From positions 607 to 64,606 of the forward strand of contig JAZUPW010000013.1 in assembly GCA_045605385.1 (NCBI GenBank): DNA of 64,000 bases, written 5' to 3'. Positions 44,644 to 54,665 of the stretch are shown here, in pieces. Position numbers and translations under genes: made by a program. Under the pieces are notes generated by a model, which was given only the letters and a program-made list of their open reading frames with translations, searched no databases and was not told where the DNA came from. Origin of the DNA: Acutalibacteraceae bacterium (GTDB taxonomy: Bacteria > Bacillota > Clostridia > Oscillospirales > Acutalibacteraceae). Every line of letters starts with the position of its first letter. The stretch's first letter is position 1.

Positions 44644-46047
44644 TTATTTTAATCCAAAATATTTATGGGCATTGTTATAGGAAATTCCTTCAACAATTTT
44701 CTTTAAAGAGGTTTCATCGTTGGGGTATTCGCCGTTTTCAACCCATTTGCCTATAAGCGCACAAAGAATTCTTCTGAAATATTCGTGACGGGTGTAAGAA
44801 AGGAAACTTCTTGAATCGGTAAGCATACCAATGAAGTTGCCAAGTACCGAAAGGTTAGCAAGGCTGGTAAGTTGAGAGGTCATACCTTCTTTATGGTCGT
44901 TAAACCACCAAGCCGAACCGTGCTGCATTTTGCCTTCTACTTCGGTGCCTTGGAAAGCGCCTAATATTGTGCCAAGCATAGCGTTATCAGCAGGGTTAAG
45001 AGAATAAAGTACGGTTTTTGGCAAACAGTTGTCTTTTTCAAGAGCATTTAAGAAAGAACAAATCTTTTCGCCGCAGAATACAGAATTAATTACGTCAAAA
45101 CCTGTGTCGGGACCTAAACGCGCAAACATTTTATCGTTAGGATTGCGAAGCGCATTGTAATGAAGTTGCATAACAATGTCGTGTTTTGCGTATTCTCTTG
45201 CGCAGTGAAGAACAATTTCGGTTTTGTATTTTTCTGCTTCTTCGGCAGAAACGGGTTCTCCATTGAGAGCTTTGGATAAAATAACATTTAATTCGTTTTC
45301 ATCTGCCAAGGCAAAAGGAACGAAGTCAAGACCGTGGTCGGAAGCCTTGCAACCTGCTTCTTTAAAGAACACAATACGGTCGGAAAGGGCAGATTTTACA
45401 TCGGCAACGGTTTTTAAAGTTTTTCCTACAACTTTTCCTAAAGCGTCTATATATTCAACAAAGCCAACTTTGTCAATATTAACAGCCTTGTCGGGACGGA
45501 ATGAAGGAGCAACGGTAACGTCAAAACTGTTGTCTTCGGCTATTTTTTTGTGCCATTCAAGAGTATCAATCGGGTCATCGGTAGTACCAATAAACGCAAC
45601 GTTTGATTTTTTAATAAGGTTTCTTACCGACATAGAACTGTCTTTTAATTTTTCGTTACAAAGGTTCCATACTTCTTCGGCAGTTTCACCGTTTAAAACG
45701 CCGTGGTAATCAAAATAGCGCTGAAGTTCTAAATGGGTCCAATGATACATTGGGTTACCAATGCATTTTTCAAGCGCTTCGGCAAAGTGCTGGAACTTTA
45801 CGCGGTCAGGTGCGCTACCTGTTATTTCATCTTCACTAACACCGTTGCTTCTTATAAGGCGCCACTTATAATGGTCACCGCCAAGCCAGAGTTGAGTGAT
45901 GTTATCAAACATTCTGTCTTCATAAATCTCTTTCGGCGAAATATGGCAGTGATAGTCAATAATAGGCATTTTTGCACTGTATTCGTGGTAAAGTTTTACC
46001 GCAGTTGGTGTATCAAGCAAAAAGTTTTCATCCATAAAATTCTTCAT
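44644..46047 (-). CDS. uxaC: glucuronate isomerase
   Basis: MKNFMDENFLLDTPTAVKLYHEYSAKMPIIDYHCHISPKEI is the canonical UxaC N-terminus. Length 467 aa. Confidence 0.93.
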   Translation of the reverse strand: MKNFMDENFLLDTPTAVKLYHEYSAKMPIIDYHCHISPKEIYEDRMFDNITQLWLGGDHYKWRLIRSNGVSEDEITGSAPDRVKFQHFAEALEKCIGNPMYHWTHLELQRYFDYHGVLNGETAEEVWNLCNEKLKDSSMSVRNLIKKSNVAFIGTTDDPIDTLEWHKKIAEDNSFDVTVAPSFRPDKAVNIDKVGFVEYIDALGKVVGKTLKTVADVKSALSDRIVFFKEAGCKASDHGLDFVPFALADENELNVILSKALNGEPVSAEEAEKYKTEIVLHCAREYAKHDIVMQLHYNALRNPNDKMFARLGPDTGFDVINSVFCGEKICSFLNALEKDNCLPKTVLYSLNPADNAMLGTILGAFQGTEVEGKMQHGSAWWFNDHKEGMTSQLTSLANLSVLGNFIGMLTDSRSFLSYTRHEYFRRILCALIGKWVENGEYPNDETSLKKIVEGISYNNAHKYFGLK

Positions 46048-46114
46048 AAGGATTAACCTCCTTTAATTATTACTAAAATATTATACAATATGCATTTAAT
46101 GTTTGCAAGAGCAA

Positions 46115-47455
46115 TTAAAGGTTAAGCGTGATTTTTCCGCTATTGTCATAGCTTACAGCGTCAAATTCACGTGTTATGCTGTTTTTAAAAGCAAAGTATT
46201 CGTCTTTATTTTTAAAATACGGATTATAAGAATTAATTGCTTTTAACGCTTTTTCAGCATTGTTTTCTAAAAACAGTCTTAATGCCAGATACTGAACAAT
46301 GGCAGATTCAACACAAGCAGATTCAACACTTTCAATTCTGTAATTGTTGCCGTGTTCTTCACCCGTTGCGCCACCTGCATAAGCATGAACGGTGGGCATA
46401 AGGCTTCCTATATCGCCCATATCACTGCAACCTGCATTCCAACGGTTCAGGTCACAATCAATGCTTTGGTAAACATTACCCATGGCTTCAACTAAAACTT
46501 CGCTCATAGTGGGGTCGGTAAGTCGCGGCCACGATCCTGCATCATCGTTTATATGCACAGTACAGCCTATAGCGGCGGCAGAGGCGGCAATAGCGCGGTT
46601 GACTTTTTTATTTGCTTCAATTATCGCATCCATATCAGCACCGCGAACAAAGGTTTCCATTTTTACCTTGTTGGGAATAACGTTTACCGAATCACCGCCG
46701 TCGGTAATAATGGGGTGAACCCGTATATGCTTGTTATCAACAAAGGTTTCGCGTAAAGCGTTAATTGCAGAAAGGGCAAGATTAGCGGCGTAAAGTGCAT
46801 TCACGCCCTTGTGCGGAGAACCGCCTGCGTGAGCAGATACTCCGCCAAAAGTAACGGTTTTTGATATAAGACCGTTTGAACCGCCGTTCATACTGCCTGT
46901 GTGAGCAGGTTCAACGTCAGCGTGTACCATAAACGACATATCAATTCCGTCTAAAAGACCTCGGTGTAAAAATTCAATTTTACCGCTGCGCGAATAAATA
47001 ACGCCTTGCTTTTTCAGGTTTTCTCTGAATTCCAACTCAATGCCTTCTTCGGCAGGAACAGCTATTAAACGTATTTTTCCGCAAAGACCGTCAAGCGCCC
47101 CTTTTTCCTTTAAAGCCGCCGCAATACCAACTATAGCGGCAGTTTGAGTAGCGTGACCGCAAGCGTGAACAGCGCCCGTTTCTTTGTCTGCATCAGGGTG
47201 ATCAGGCACTATAAGAGCATCCAATTCGCCAAAAATTGCTATTGTAGGACCTTCCTTGCCCGTATCTATTTCTGCGGTGAAGCCGGGAATGTTACCCGCT
47301 TCGGTTAAAGTATAACCAAGCTTTAAAAACTGCTCTTTTAAGTAATTATGGGTTTTCCATTCCTTATAACCTGTTTCGGGGTTTGCCCATATATATTCAA
47401 AAGCATTTTCTATAAGCCCGCGGTTTTTTGTTACGTTTTCTATGTATGCTTGCAT
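46115..47455 (-). CDS. M20-family amidohydrolase/peptidase (AbgB-like)
   Basis: Metal ligands in an ACGH context (AVHACGHATQ). Contains a dimerisation-domain insertion. Length 446 aa. Confidence 0.7.
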   Translation of the reverse strand: MQAYIENVTKNRGLIENAFEYIWANPETGYKEWKTHNYLKEQFLKLGYTLTEAGNIPGFTAEIDTGKEGPTIAIFGELDALIVPDHPDADKETGAVHACGHATQTAAIVGIAAALKEKGALDGLCGKIRLIAVPAEEGIELEFRENLKKQGVIYSRSGKIEFLHRGLLDGIDMSFMVHADVEPAHTGSMNGGSNGLISKTVTFGGVSAHAGGSPHKGVNALYAANLALSAINALRETFVDNKHIRVHPIITDGGDSVNVIPNKVKMETFVRGADMDAIIEANKKVNRAIAASAAAIGCTVHINDDAGSWPRLTDPTMSEVLVEAMGNVYQSIDCDLNRWNAGCSDMGDIGSLMPTVHAYAGGATGEEHGNNYRIESVESACVESAIVQYLALRLFLENNAEKALKAINSYNPYFKNKDEYFAFKNSITREFDAVSYDNSGKITLNL

Positions 47456-47490
47456 AGTTATTCTCCTTGGAAATTTAAATCCGAATTTAC

Positions 47491-48438
47491 TTAAACGTCA
47501 AAGAATCCTAAAGCAACTATACCAACAAGGGCGCAGAATATAGCAATATAGTGTTTAATTGATAATCTTTCTTTAAGAAATATAGAACTCCAAACAGCTG
47601 AAAGTGCGCAGTATGCCGAAATAATGGCGGCGGCAGGTGCTGCGTGGGAGGTATCGGAAAGTGCGAAAATATAGGCAAACTGTCCTGCGGTTTCAAAAAT
47701 ACCGCCCATAAGTTTTGCGCCGTCTTTCTTGAAAGAAATTTTTTCGCGTTTAATACCAAATACGTATATTGCGGCCAAAACACCCATTAACAAAAATGTG
47801 AGTTCATAAGCAACGTTTGCGCTGTCTTCGGGTAATACGGTGGGGAATAAAGCGTCGAAAAACGTGCCTGTGTCTTCTTCGCGAAGTACTAAAGTGTCAA
47901 AGAAGGTTCCCAAAGCGTCTATAATGCAGTAAAGTACGGGAAGAAGTAATGCCCACACACTTTTTGAATACTTCATAAATGCTTTTTCCTGTCGAAGCGC
48001 TCTGGATTCATCATCTTCAAGCATTTCAACAATACCAAGTCCTAATACCGAAGCGCCTATAATGAATATAGCCAGAACAGCTAAAGAATTAATTTCCTGA
48101 CCCAAGAAAATAATACAAAGAAGTGCGGCAAGCGCGCCTGAAGAATTGCATATAGGCGAAGAAACCGAAAGTTCTATGTAACGAAGACCTACATAACCGA
48201 AAACCATTGAAATTATGTAAAGCATTGAAACGGGAAGATAAGTTAAAATAATGCTTAAATTAATCTCAACACCGTTTATAAATACTTCGTAAGCAGCGTG
48301 AAGTCCCATAACAAGACCAACTGCAACTACCATTTTTAAGTGGCTGTGTGAATCTTTTTTATCCATACAACCCAATTTTGAAAAGAAGTCAGAACCGCTC
48401 CAACAAATAAGAGCGATAATAGCTAATATAAACCACAT
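47491..48438 (-). CDS. DMT-superfamily (EamA-like) transporter
   Basis: 10-TM protein with an internal duplication. The N-terminus MWFILAIIALICWSGSDFFSK is typical of the family. Confidence 0.7.
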   Translation of the reverse strand: MWFILAIIALICWSGSDFFSKLGCMDKKDSHSHLKMVVAVGLVMGLHAAYEVFINGVEINLSIILTYLPVSMLYIISMVFGYVGLRYIELSVSSPICNSSGALAALLCIIFLGQEINSLAVLAIFIIGASVLGLGIVEMLEDDESRALRQEKAFMKYSKSVWALLLPVLYCIIDALGTFFDTLVLREEDTGTFFDALFPTVLPEDSANVAYELTFLLMGVLAAIYVFGIKREKISFKKDGAKLMGGIFETAGQFAYIFALSDTSHAAPAAAIISAYCALSAVWSSIFLKERLSIKHYIAIFCALVGIVALGFFDV

Positions 48439-48457
48439 AAATTATTTCCCCTAAGTT

Positions 48458-49390
48458 TTATAAATTCCCTTTTGTTTTGCAAAATTTACTGAAAATATAC
48501 GGCCATAAAGCACCCGCAACAAGAACTATTAAAAAATATCTAACGCTTCGCGCGGCGTATTCATTTATAATTAAGGCTTCAAGCGGAGCGCGAAGAAGTT
48601 CTTTTACGGCAATTACTAAAGCAATACCGCCTAAAATTTTTATTATTTGTTTATACCATACGGCTTCTGTTGAAAAGTTAATAAACTTAATGTCTAACGG
48701 ATAAATCACGTCAAGCCCTAAAATACAGCCCAAAAGGGTGAAAGCGTTTTTACGGGCAGAAAGAAGATTTGCTATGTTTTCGCTTAAATAAACTTCGCTT
48801 GGAAACTTATAAAGTGTAACGTATAGCGTAAAAGTAATTGATACAGCCGTCATAAACAAAAGCAGTGGGTACATTGCCTTAGGGGAAGAACGGCAACGTA
48901 CAAAAAACGGATAAAGAACAAGAATAAGAATAACTGCAATAACAATAGAAATACCAACATCTAACGGGGTATGAACGCCTAAATAAAGCCTTGAAAAGGC
49001 AACCAAAGCGCATAAAATACCGCATATAATACGTAGAACCGTATTTTTATTAAAATGCATTATAGAACCGAAAACACCAACGCTTGATTGCGTATGACCG
49101 CTTGGAAAAGAATAACCGCTTGCGGCTTCTCTTGCCGATTCCACAATAGTGAAAGACGGATCCTTAACCCAAGGTCGCGGAATGCGAAACGTCATTTTTA
49201 AAAATTGGTTTATCATAGTTCCTAAAAAACCCACGCTAAGCATATAATAACCTTCAAATTTATCTATGCACCAGAAAAAGACAAGCGCAATAGCCATAAA
49301 AAAGGTTTCTTCACCAAGCATAGTTATAACAGATACAACCGTGTCTAAAAACGGGTTTCTTATACTTTCTAAAAAATAAAGTACCGACAT
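48458..49390 (-). CDS. PAP2-family membrane phosphatase
   Basis: PAP2 motifs KxxxxxxRP (KMTFRIPRP), PSGH (SFPSGHTQ) and SRxxxxxHxxxD (SRLYLGVHTPLD), plus extra C-terminal TM helices. Confidence 0.8.
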   Translation of the reverse strand: MSVLYFLESIRNPFLDTVVSVITMLGEETFFMAIALVFFWCIDKFEGYYMLSVGFLGTMINQFLKMTFRIPRPWVKDPSFTIVESAREAASGYSFPSGHTQSSVGVFGSIMHFNKNTVLRIICGILCALVAFSRLYLGVHTPLDVGISIVIAVILILVLYPFFVRCRSSPKAMYPLLLFMTAVSITFTLYVTLYKFPSEVYLSENIANLLSARKNAFTLLGCILGLDVIYPLDIKFINFSTEAVWYKQIIKILGGIALVIAVKELLRAPLEALIINEYAARSVRYFLIVLVAGALWPYIFSKFCKTKGNL

Positions 49391-49399
49391 ATAAACTCC

Positions 49400-50848
49400 T
49401 TATTTGCGTTTCCACACGTTTGGTGAAAAGAATAATAAAACAGGGAATATTTCAAGCCTGCCCATAAGCATTGCAAAACTTAATATCAATTTGGAAAAAC
49501 CGCTGTAAGCAGCATAATTTGAGGCTGGACCGACACCTGCAAGACCCGGGCCTACGTTGTTAAAACAAGATACTACAGCCGAAAAATTTGTTTCGATATC
49601 AAAAGGTTCAAAGCTAATAAGCAGAAAAACAGCCAACAGACAAAAAGAGTAAACGGCAAGATAAACACCAATGCTTGAAAGTATTGGTTCATCGGTTTTT
49701 TCTCCCTCAAAACGTACTACTCCTACGCTTCTTGGGTGAATAAGTTTTTTAAGTTCTCTTTTTATCATTTTAAAAAGCAAAACAACGCGAGAAACTTTAA
49801 TACCGCCTGCCGTAGAGCCGGCGCATCCGCCAATAAACATAAGGAGAAGAAGAATAGTTTTAGAAAGTTGGGGCCATAAGTTAAAATCGGTTGTAGCATA
49901 ACCTGTAGTGGTCATAATAGAAGCAACCTGAAAAGCCGAAAGGCGTATAGATTCCGACACCGAAGAATATGTTGAATATATGTTTACGGCAACTATTGCG
50001 GAAGATGCGGCAACTATACCAAGGTAGGTCCAAAGTTCTTCACTTTTAAACACTTGACGTATGTTTTTTAGCAGTAATAAGTAATAAAGGTTGAAGTTTA
50101 TACCGAAAATAAGCATAAATATTGTTATTACCCACTGGCTGTATGCGCTGTAGCCTGCAATACTGTCGGCTTTTACACCAAATCCACCCGTACCTGCAGT
50201 GCCTAAAGAGTGTATAACACTTTCATAAAAGTTCATATCGCCGCAAGTTAAAAGTATTATTTGAACAACGGTAAACACCAGATAAATCAGATAAAGAATT
50301 TTTGCAGTATCTTTAAGTCTTGGTACTAATTTACCGACAACAGGACCTGGCACTTCGGCACGGAGAATGTGAATAGACCGTTCGCTTATGCTTGGCATAA
50401 CGGCAAGTATAAACACAAGCACACCCATACCGCCCAACCAGTGTGTAAAACTGCGCCAGAAAAGAATACCGTTTGAACTTATGGCTTCAACGTTGGGAAT
50501 TATAGACGCACCTGTTGTGGTAAAACCGCTTACCGTTTCAAAAAAGGCATCAATAAAAGATGGAATCTCTCCGCTTAAAACAAAGGGGATTGCACCCGTA
50601 ACCGACATATACAGCCAGGCTGAAGTTACAATTACAAAACCTTCTTTTGCATAAATAACAAAATCTCTTGGTTTACTTATGTGTTTAATTAACAGTCCGA
50701 ATACAAAAGAAAAAAGCGATACACCCAAAAAGACCAATAAGGGTTTAATTTCTAAATAACATAGTGAAACAATAGCAGGTAACAAAAGAATTAAAGCCTG
50801 AATACCCGCAAGTTTTCCTATGGTATATAAAACCATTCTGCGATTCAT
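49400..50848 (-). CDS. trkH: Trk/Ktr-family potassium transporter membrane subunit
   Basis: 482 aa with repeated M1-P-M2 units and selectivity-filter glycines (SGFTTTGAS, TAGTGGF, TTTGYAT, AGSTAGGIK). Confidence 0.9.
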   Translation of the reverse strand: MNRRMVLYTIGKLAGIQALILLLPAIVSLCYLEIKPLLVFLGVSLFSFVFGLLIKHISKPRDFVIYAKEGFVIVTSAWLYMSVTGAIPFVLSGEIPSFIDAFFETVSGFTTTGASIIPNVEAISSNGILFWRSFTHWLGGMGVLVFILAVMPSISERSIHILRAEVPGPVVGKLVPRLKDTAKILYLIYLVFTVVQIILLTCGDMNFYESVIHSLGTAGTGGFGVKADSIAGYSAYSQWVITIFMLIFGINFNLYYLLLLKNIRQVFKSEELWTYLGIVAASSAIVAVNIYSTYSSVSESIRLSAFQVASIMTTTGYATTDFNLWPQLSKTILLLLMFIGGCAGSTAGGIKVSRVVLLFKMIKRELKKLIHPRSVGVVRFEGEKTDEPILSSIGVYLAVYSFCLLAVFLLISFEPFDIETNFSAVVSCFNNVGPGLAGVGPASNYAAYSGFSKLILSFAMLMGRLEIFPVLLFFSPNVWKRK

Positions 50849-50859
50849 ATATTTAACCT

Positions 50860-52218
50860 CTAAAGTATAATATCAGATAAATCTTTAAGACTTTGCCCTG
50901 AAGAAAGCACAATTACGCGGTCGTTAGAAAGTATACAGTCAGCGCCTGAGGGGATAATTATCTTTCTCTTTCTTATAATTCCTGCTAAAAGTATGTTGGG
51001 TTTAAGGGAAAGTTCAGAAAGGGTAACGCCTTTATAAGCAAAATCATCACCCACTTCAAATTCAAGCGCTTCAAAATTGTCGTTCATAAGTTTGTGTACC
51101 GCTTCAACACGGCTTCCTGTTGACCTATGAAGTGCGCGAGAGTAACTTGTTACAACGTCGGCAATTATGTTTTTAGGCGTAACAATGGTGTCAAGACCTA
51201 ACTTTTCTGCCATTTCGGCAAGTTCTGCGCGGTTAACCTTTGTAATTACTTTCGGTACGTTTTGTGAAGCGGCAAATATAGAAATAAGAATGTTTTCTTC
51301 ATCCATACCCGTTAATGATACAAAGGCATCGGCGTTTCTTATTCCTTCTTCAAGTAAAAGTTCTCTTGAAGCGCCGTCACCGTTAATCATAACAACACCG
51401 GGTAAAGCGGCGGCGAATTCTTCACAACGCTTTTGGTTAAGTTCAATTATTTTTACGCTGTTTCCGCTTTTTATAAGCATTTCAGCAAGGTAATATGCGG
51501 TTTTGGAAGCGCCTAAAATTATAATATTACGCGCTCCTTTTTGCATTATTCCAATTTCTTTTAAAAGTTTCTGAATTTCTGTAGGCGCGGCGGTTAGCGC
51601 AATAATATCATTTGCTTCAAGGGTAAAATGACCGTCAGGAATGTAAACTTCTTCACCGCGTTTTACGGCGCAGACAAGGAAGTTTGCGCGGTATTTCTTT
51701 CTTATGTCAATAAGATTCATATTAATAAGCGGGGAATCCTCTTTAAGGCGAAGTTCTATCATTTCAAAACGCTTTGCGCAAAAAGTTTCAATGTTAACTG
51801 CATTTGGTAACTTTAATATGTTAAACAGTTCACGCGCGGCAAGTTTTTCGGGATTAATTGCCAAAGAAAGATGTAGTTCTTGCTTCATAAACCCTAAACT
51901 CTGGTCGTTATATTCGGGGGTTCTTATACGCGCTATTGTGTGGTGAGCGCCCATTTTACGCGCAATAAAACAACTAAGCATATTAAATTCATCAGAAGCG
52001 GTAACGGCAACAACAACGTTGGCGGTTTTTACGCCTGCCTGTTCAAGTGTTTCGCAATCGGCACCGTTTCCGCAAACACACATAACGTCGTATATATTAG
52101 AAATTTCTCTTATAACTGAAGAATCGTTATCAATAGCCACAACATTATGACCTTCTTTAACAAAACGGGCAATAATTGAAGTGCCTATTTTTCCGCAACC
52201 AATAACAATAATGTTCAT
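50860..52218 (-). CDS. trkA: Trk system NAD-binding regulatory subunit
   Basis: Two RCK_N/RCK_C pairs. Rossmann motifs are MNIIVIGCGKIGTS and IIILGASKTA. Confidence 0.9.
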   Translation of the reverse strand: MNIIVIGCGKIGTSIIARFVKEGHNVVAIDNDSSVIREISNIYDVMCVCGNGADCETLEQAGVKTANVVVAVTASDEFNMLSCFIARKMGAHHTIARIRTPEYNDQSLGFMKQELHLSLAINPEKLAARELFNILKLPNAVNIETFCAKRFEMIELRLKEDSPLINMNLIDIRKKYRANFLVCAVKRGEEVYIPDGHFTLEANDIIALTAAPTEIQKLLKEIGIMQKGARNIIILGASKTAYYLAEMLIKSGNSVKIIELNQKRCEEFAAALPGVVMINGDGASRELLLEEGIRNADAFVSLTGMDEENILISIFAASQNVPKVITKVNRAELAEMAEKLGLDTIVTPKNIIADVVTSYSRALHRSTGSRVEAVHKLMNDNFEALEFEVGDDFAYKGVTLSELSLKPNILLAGIIRKRKIIIPSGADCILSNDRVIVLSSGQSLKDLSDIIL

Positions 52219-52255
52219 AATTTTCAGTTTCCTTTTGAGTATAAATTATGGCAAT

Positions 52256-52284
52256 ATTATACTTTATTATTCTCAATAAGTCAA
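52256..52284 (-). promoter_or_regulatory. sigma-A promoter of trkA-trkH
   Basis: Minus strand: TTGACT (52284-52279), 17-nt spacer, TATAAT (52261-52256). Confidence 0.7.
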
Positions 52285-52286
52285 GA

Positions 52287-52316
52287 AAGCATACCGAATT
52301 TCGGTATGCTTTGCTT
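52287..52316 (-). terminator. terminator after the yhaN-like gene
   Basis: aaagcataccg / cggtatgcttt stem with flanking A and T runs. Confidence 0.75.
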
Positions 52317-54665
52317 TTAAATAATTGTGTTTACATTTTCTTTGTTTTCAAGACCTGCTTTGTGGCAAGTAAAATAAAGCACCTGGTTTTCCTTGCTGTA
52401 TTCTTCGAGGAACTTTATTGCTTTATTAAGCCTTGTATCATCGTACTGTGCAAAGGCATCGTCAATAAACAGGGGTAATCCTCCGCAATCTTCTGAGAGT
52501 AATTCGGCAACGGCAAGTCTTAACGCAAAATATGCTTGGTCGGCAGTTCCGCTTGAAAGGTACTGCCATTCTTTAGAACCGAAAACCGCGGCGCTTTCAA
52601 CGGCAATATCAAATTCATCCGAAACGTTTACGTCGCAGTAACGTTCATTCGTAAGTGCGCTGAAAATTTCGGCAGTTCTTTTACTTAAGGTTTCGCCAAA
52701 ACTTCTTCTTTGCTTGGAAAAAGCAGTGTTAAGCGCATCTAAGGCAATATCAACGCTGTCGCAAAAATCTTTTTGAGAAGCAATAGCACCCATTAAATCT
52801 TCAATTTCGTGCTCTATTTCGGTGGGGTGACGGTGGGTAGCAAACTTTGTACGTGCGCTTGCTTCATCGAAAATAATAGATTTCTGAATATCGTTTGCGG
52901 TGTTTTGCTTAAACAACAAACGGTCTTCAAGCACTTTCGGGTCTTCTTCATCTGAAACATTCTGTCGTATTTCTGCAAGTTTCATTTCAGCAGCCTGCTT
53001 AGATAAATCACCAACGTCTGCTTTAAGTAAAGCAAGTTTTGTTTTTGCTGTTTCTACCTTTCGGGAATACTCTTTGTAAGCGTGTAAAACAATTTCCATT
53101 CCCGAAACCGAAGCGGTCATATTTTCTTTTGGGAACATAAGCGCAAACAAACTTTCACTTTCGGCTATTGCTTCGTTTAATTTTTCAAGGTCTTGTTTGC
53201 GGTTTTTAATTAAACTAAGTTTTTCTTCTTTTAATGCCGCTGCGCTGTCCGATTCACTTGTAAGCGCTTTCAGTATTTCGTTCTGTGCGTTTAAATCGGC
53301 ACTTAAGGTTGAAATATTCAATTCAAGGCTGTGCCTGTTCTTTTCGCTGTTTTCAAGCAGTTCGGTTTCTTCTTTTGTAAGGGCTTTCGGTTGCTCTTTT
53401 AAAGTAAAACAAAGAATAACAAAAACAACAAATAAAACTAAACCTATTAAACTGAATAAGTATGCTTTAAATACCAAAGGAATTAAGGCAAGAATAAATG
53501 TAACCGCACTTAAAAGAATTAATCCTTTGCGCATTTTCGGTTTCTTTGCAAGGTTGGTTTCCCTTAATTCGTTAAGTTCTTTAACGGTTTTAAGAGTTGC
53601 GGCAAATTCTTCTTTAGTAAGTTTAAGACTGTTTTCAATGGCGTTAACCTTTTCTCTTACAAGAGTAATAGGATCATTTCCGCCTGCTTCTTTGCTTAAA
53701 CTTTCAATTTCGGCTTCTATTAAAGCAATTTCTTTTTCTAAATCAGCCACGCGCGGTTTAAGTAGTTTGTAATTGGCAAGGGTTTCTTGAGTTTTAGCAA
53801 GGTCACTTACCGAAATAGTAGTTCCGTCAGCCTTTAAAAGATTTCTTTCAAGCGAAGTTATCTGGTCGGTTACTTCTATATAGTCTTTAAGATTTCTGAA
53901 GGCGCGTTTGCTTTCGGTTGCTTTAAGAGAGGCGTTTATTCGGTCAATATCCTTTAAAATTAAAGTAAGACGGTTTTTCTGGTTTTCAATTTTCACAGCT
54001 AACGCTTCGCGTTCTTCTTCGGCACTGCGCGAAGCAATAAGTTCATCGTTAAGGCTTTGAAGTTTTTGCCTTGCAATATCGTATCTGCCTTTTTTACCGC
54101 TTTTAGACATAAGTTCTTCTTTTGCGCTTAAAAGACGGCTTGCAATAAGTTTTCCCGAAACGTCTTCATCACCCGATAACGCAAGAGATGAGAGTTTACT
54201 GTTAAGTTCACCCGAAGCATCTCCCGATACTTCGCCTAAATTAAGTTGACCTATAAAAACACAGCGTTCAAAGGCATCGGCGCTTAAGCCGAAAAAAGCG
54301 GCTCCAAGGTCATACGTACCGCCGTAAGATTCTCTTTTACCTGTATCAAGGTCTATAAGAGTTACTTTATCGCTTGTGTTAGAAGCGCCGAAATTTCGTT
54401 CTATTCGGTAAAGTTTGCCTTTATGCGAAAAATCAATACTGCCCGCCATAGGTGTGTTATCCCACGGTAAATATTTCTTTCGCGGATTTTTTGTTATATC
54501 GTTACCTTTTGCACTGCTACCGTAAAACATCATTTTAATAAAGGTCATAAGGGTGGTTTTTCCAACCTCGTTTTCGCCTAAAAAAATGTTTTCGCCGCTT
54601 GAAAAAACTAATCTGTAATCTTTAAATTTTCCGAATCCTGCAATATATAACGACTCAATCTTCAC
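52317..54665 (-). CDS. SMC/SbcC-like AAA ATPase with central membrane hairpin (YhaN-like)
   Basis: Walker A GENEVGKTT, signature SSGTADQAYFALRLA and Walker B LPLFIDDAF. Long coiled coils are interrupted by two TM helices (LILLSAVTFILALIPLVF / LFSLIGLVLFVVFVILCFTL). Confidence 0.8.
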   Translation of the reverse strand: MKIESLYIAGFGKFKDYRLVFSSGENIFLGENEVGKTTLMTFIKMMFYGSSAKGNDITKNPRKKYLPWDNTPMAGSIDFSHKGKLYRIERNFGASNTSDKVTLIDLDTGKRESYGGTYDLGAAFFGLSADAFERCVFIGQLNLGEVSGDASGELNSKLSSLALSGDEDVSGKLIASRLLSAKEELMSKSGKKGRYDIARQKLQSLNDELIASRSAEEEREALAVKIENQKNRLTLILKDIDRINASLKATESKRAFRNLKDYIEVTDQITSLERNLLKADGTTISVSDLAKTQETLANYKLLKPRVADLEKEIALIEAEIESLSKEAGGNDPITLVREKVNAIENSLKLTKEEFAATLKTVKELNELRETNLAKKPKMRKGLILLSAVTFILALIPLVFKAYLFSLIGLVLFVVFVILCFTLKEQPKALTKEETELLENSEKNRHSLELNISTLSADLNAQNEILKALTSESDSAAALKEEKLSLIKNRKQDLEKLNEAIAESESLFALMFPKENMTASVSGMEIVLHAYKEYSRKVETAKTKLALLKADVGDLSKQAAEMKLAEIRQNVSDEEDPKVLEDRLLFKQNTANDIQKSIIFDEASARTKFATHRHPTEIEHEIEDLMGAIASQKDFCDSVDIALDALNTAFSKQRRSFGETLSKRTAEIFSALTNERYCDVNVSDEFDIAVESAAVFGSKEWQYLSSGTADQAYFALRLAVAELLSEDCGGLPLFIDDAFAQYDDTRLNKAIKFLEEYSKENQVLYFTCHKAGLENKENVNTII

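Noticed and set aside
52219-52316. c-di-AMP (ydaO-type) riboswitch upstream of trkA, as often seen before K+ transporter genes
   Set aside because: The spacer is only 98 nt. It is fully explained by the upstream terminator hairpin plus a TTGACT-17-TATAAT promoter, leaving no room for a ~140-nt aptamer.
53197-53772. Long antisense ORFs (53197-53772, 45224-45709, 41016-41492, 28681-29055 and similar)
   Set aside because: These are shadow ORFs opposite well-supported genes. They have low-complexity Ser/Leu/Phe-rich translations and no RBS.
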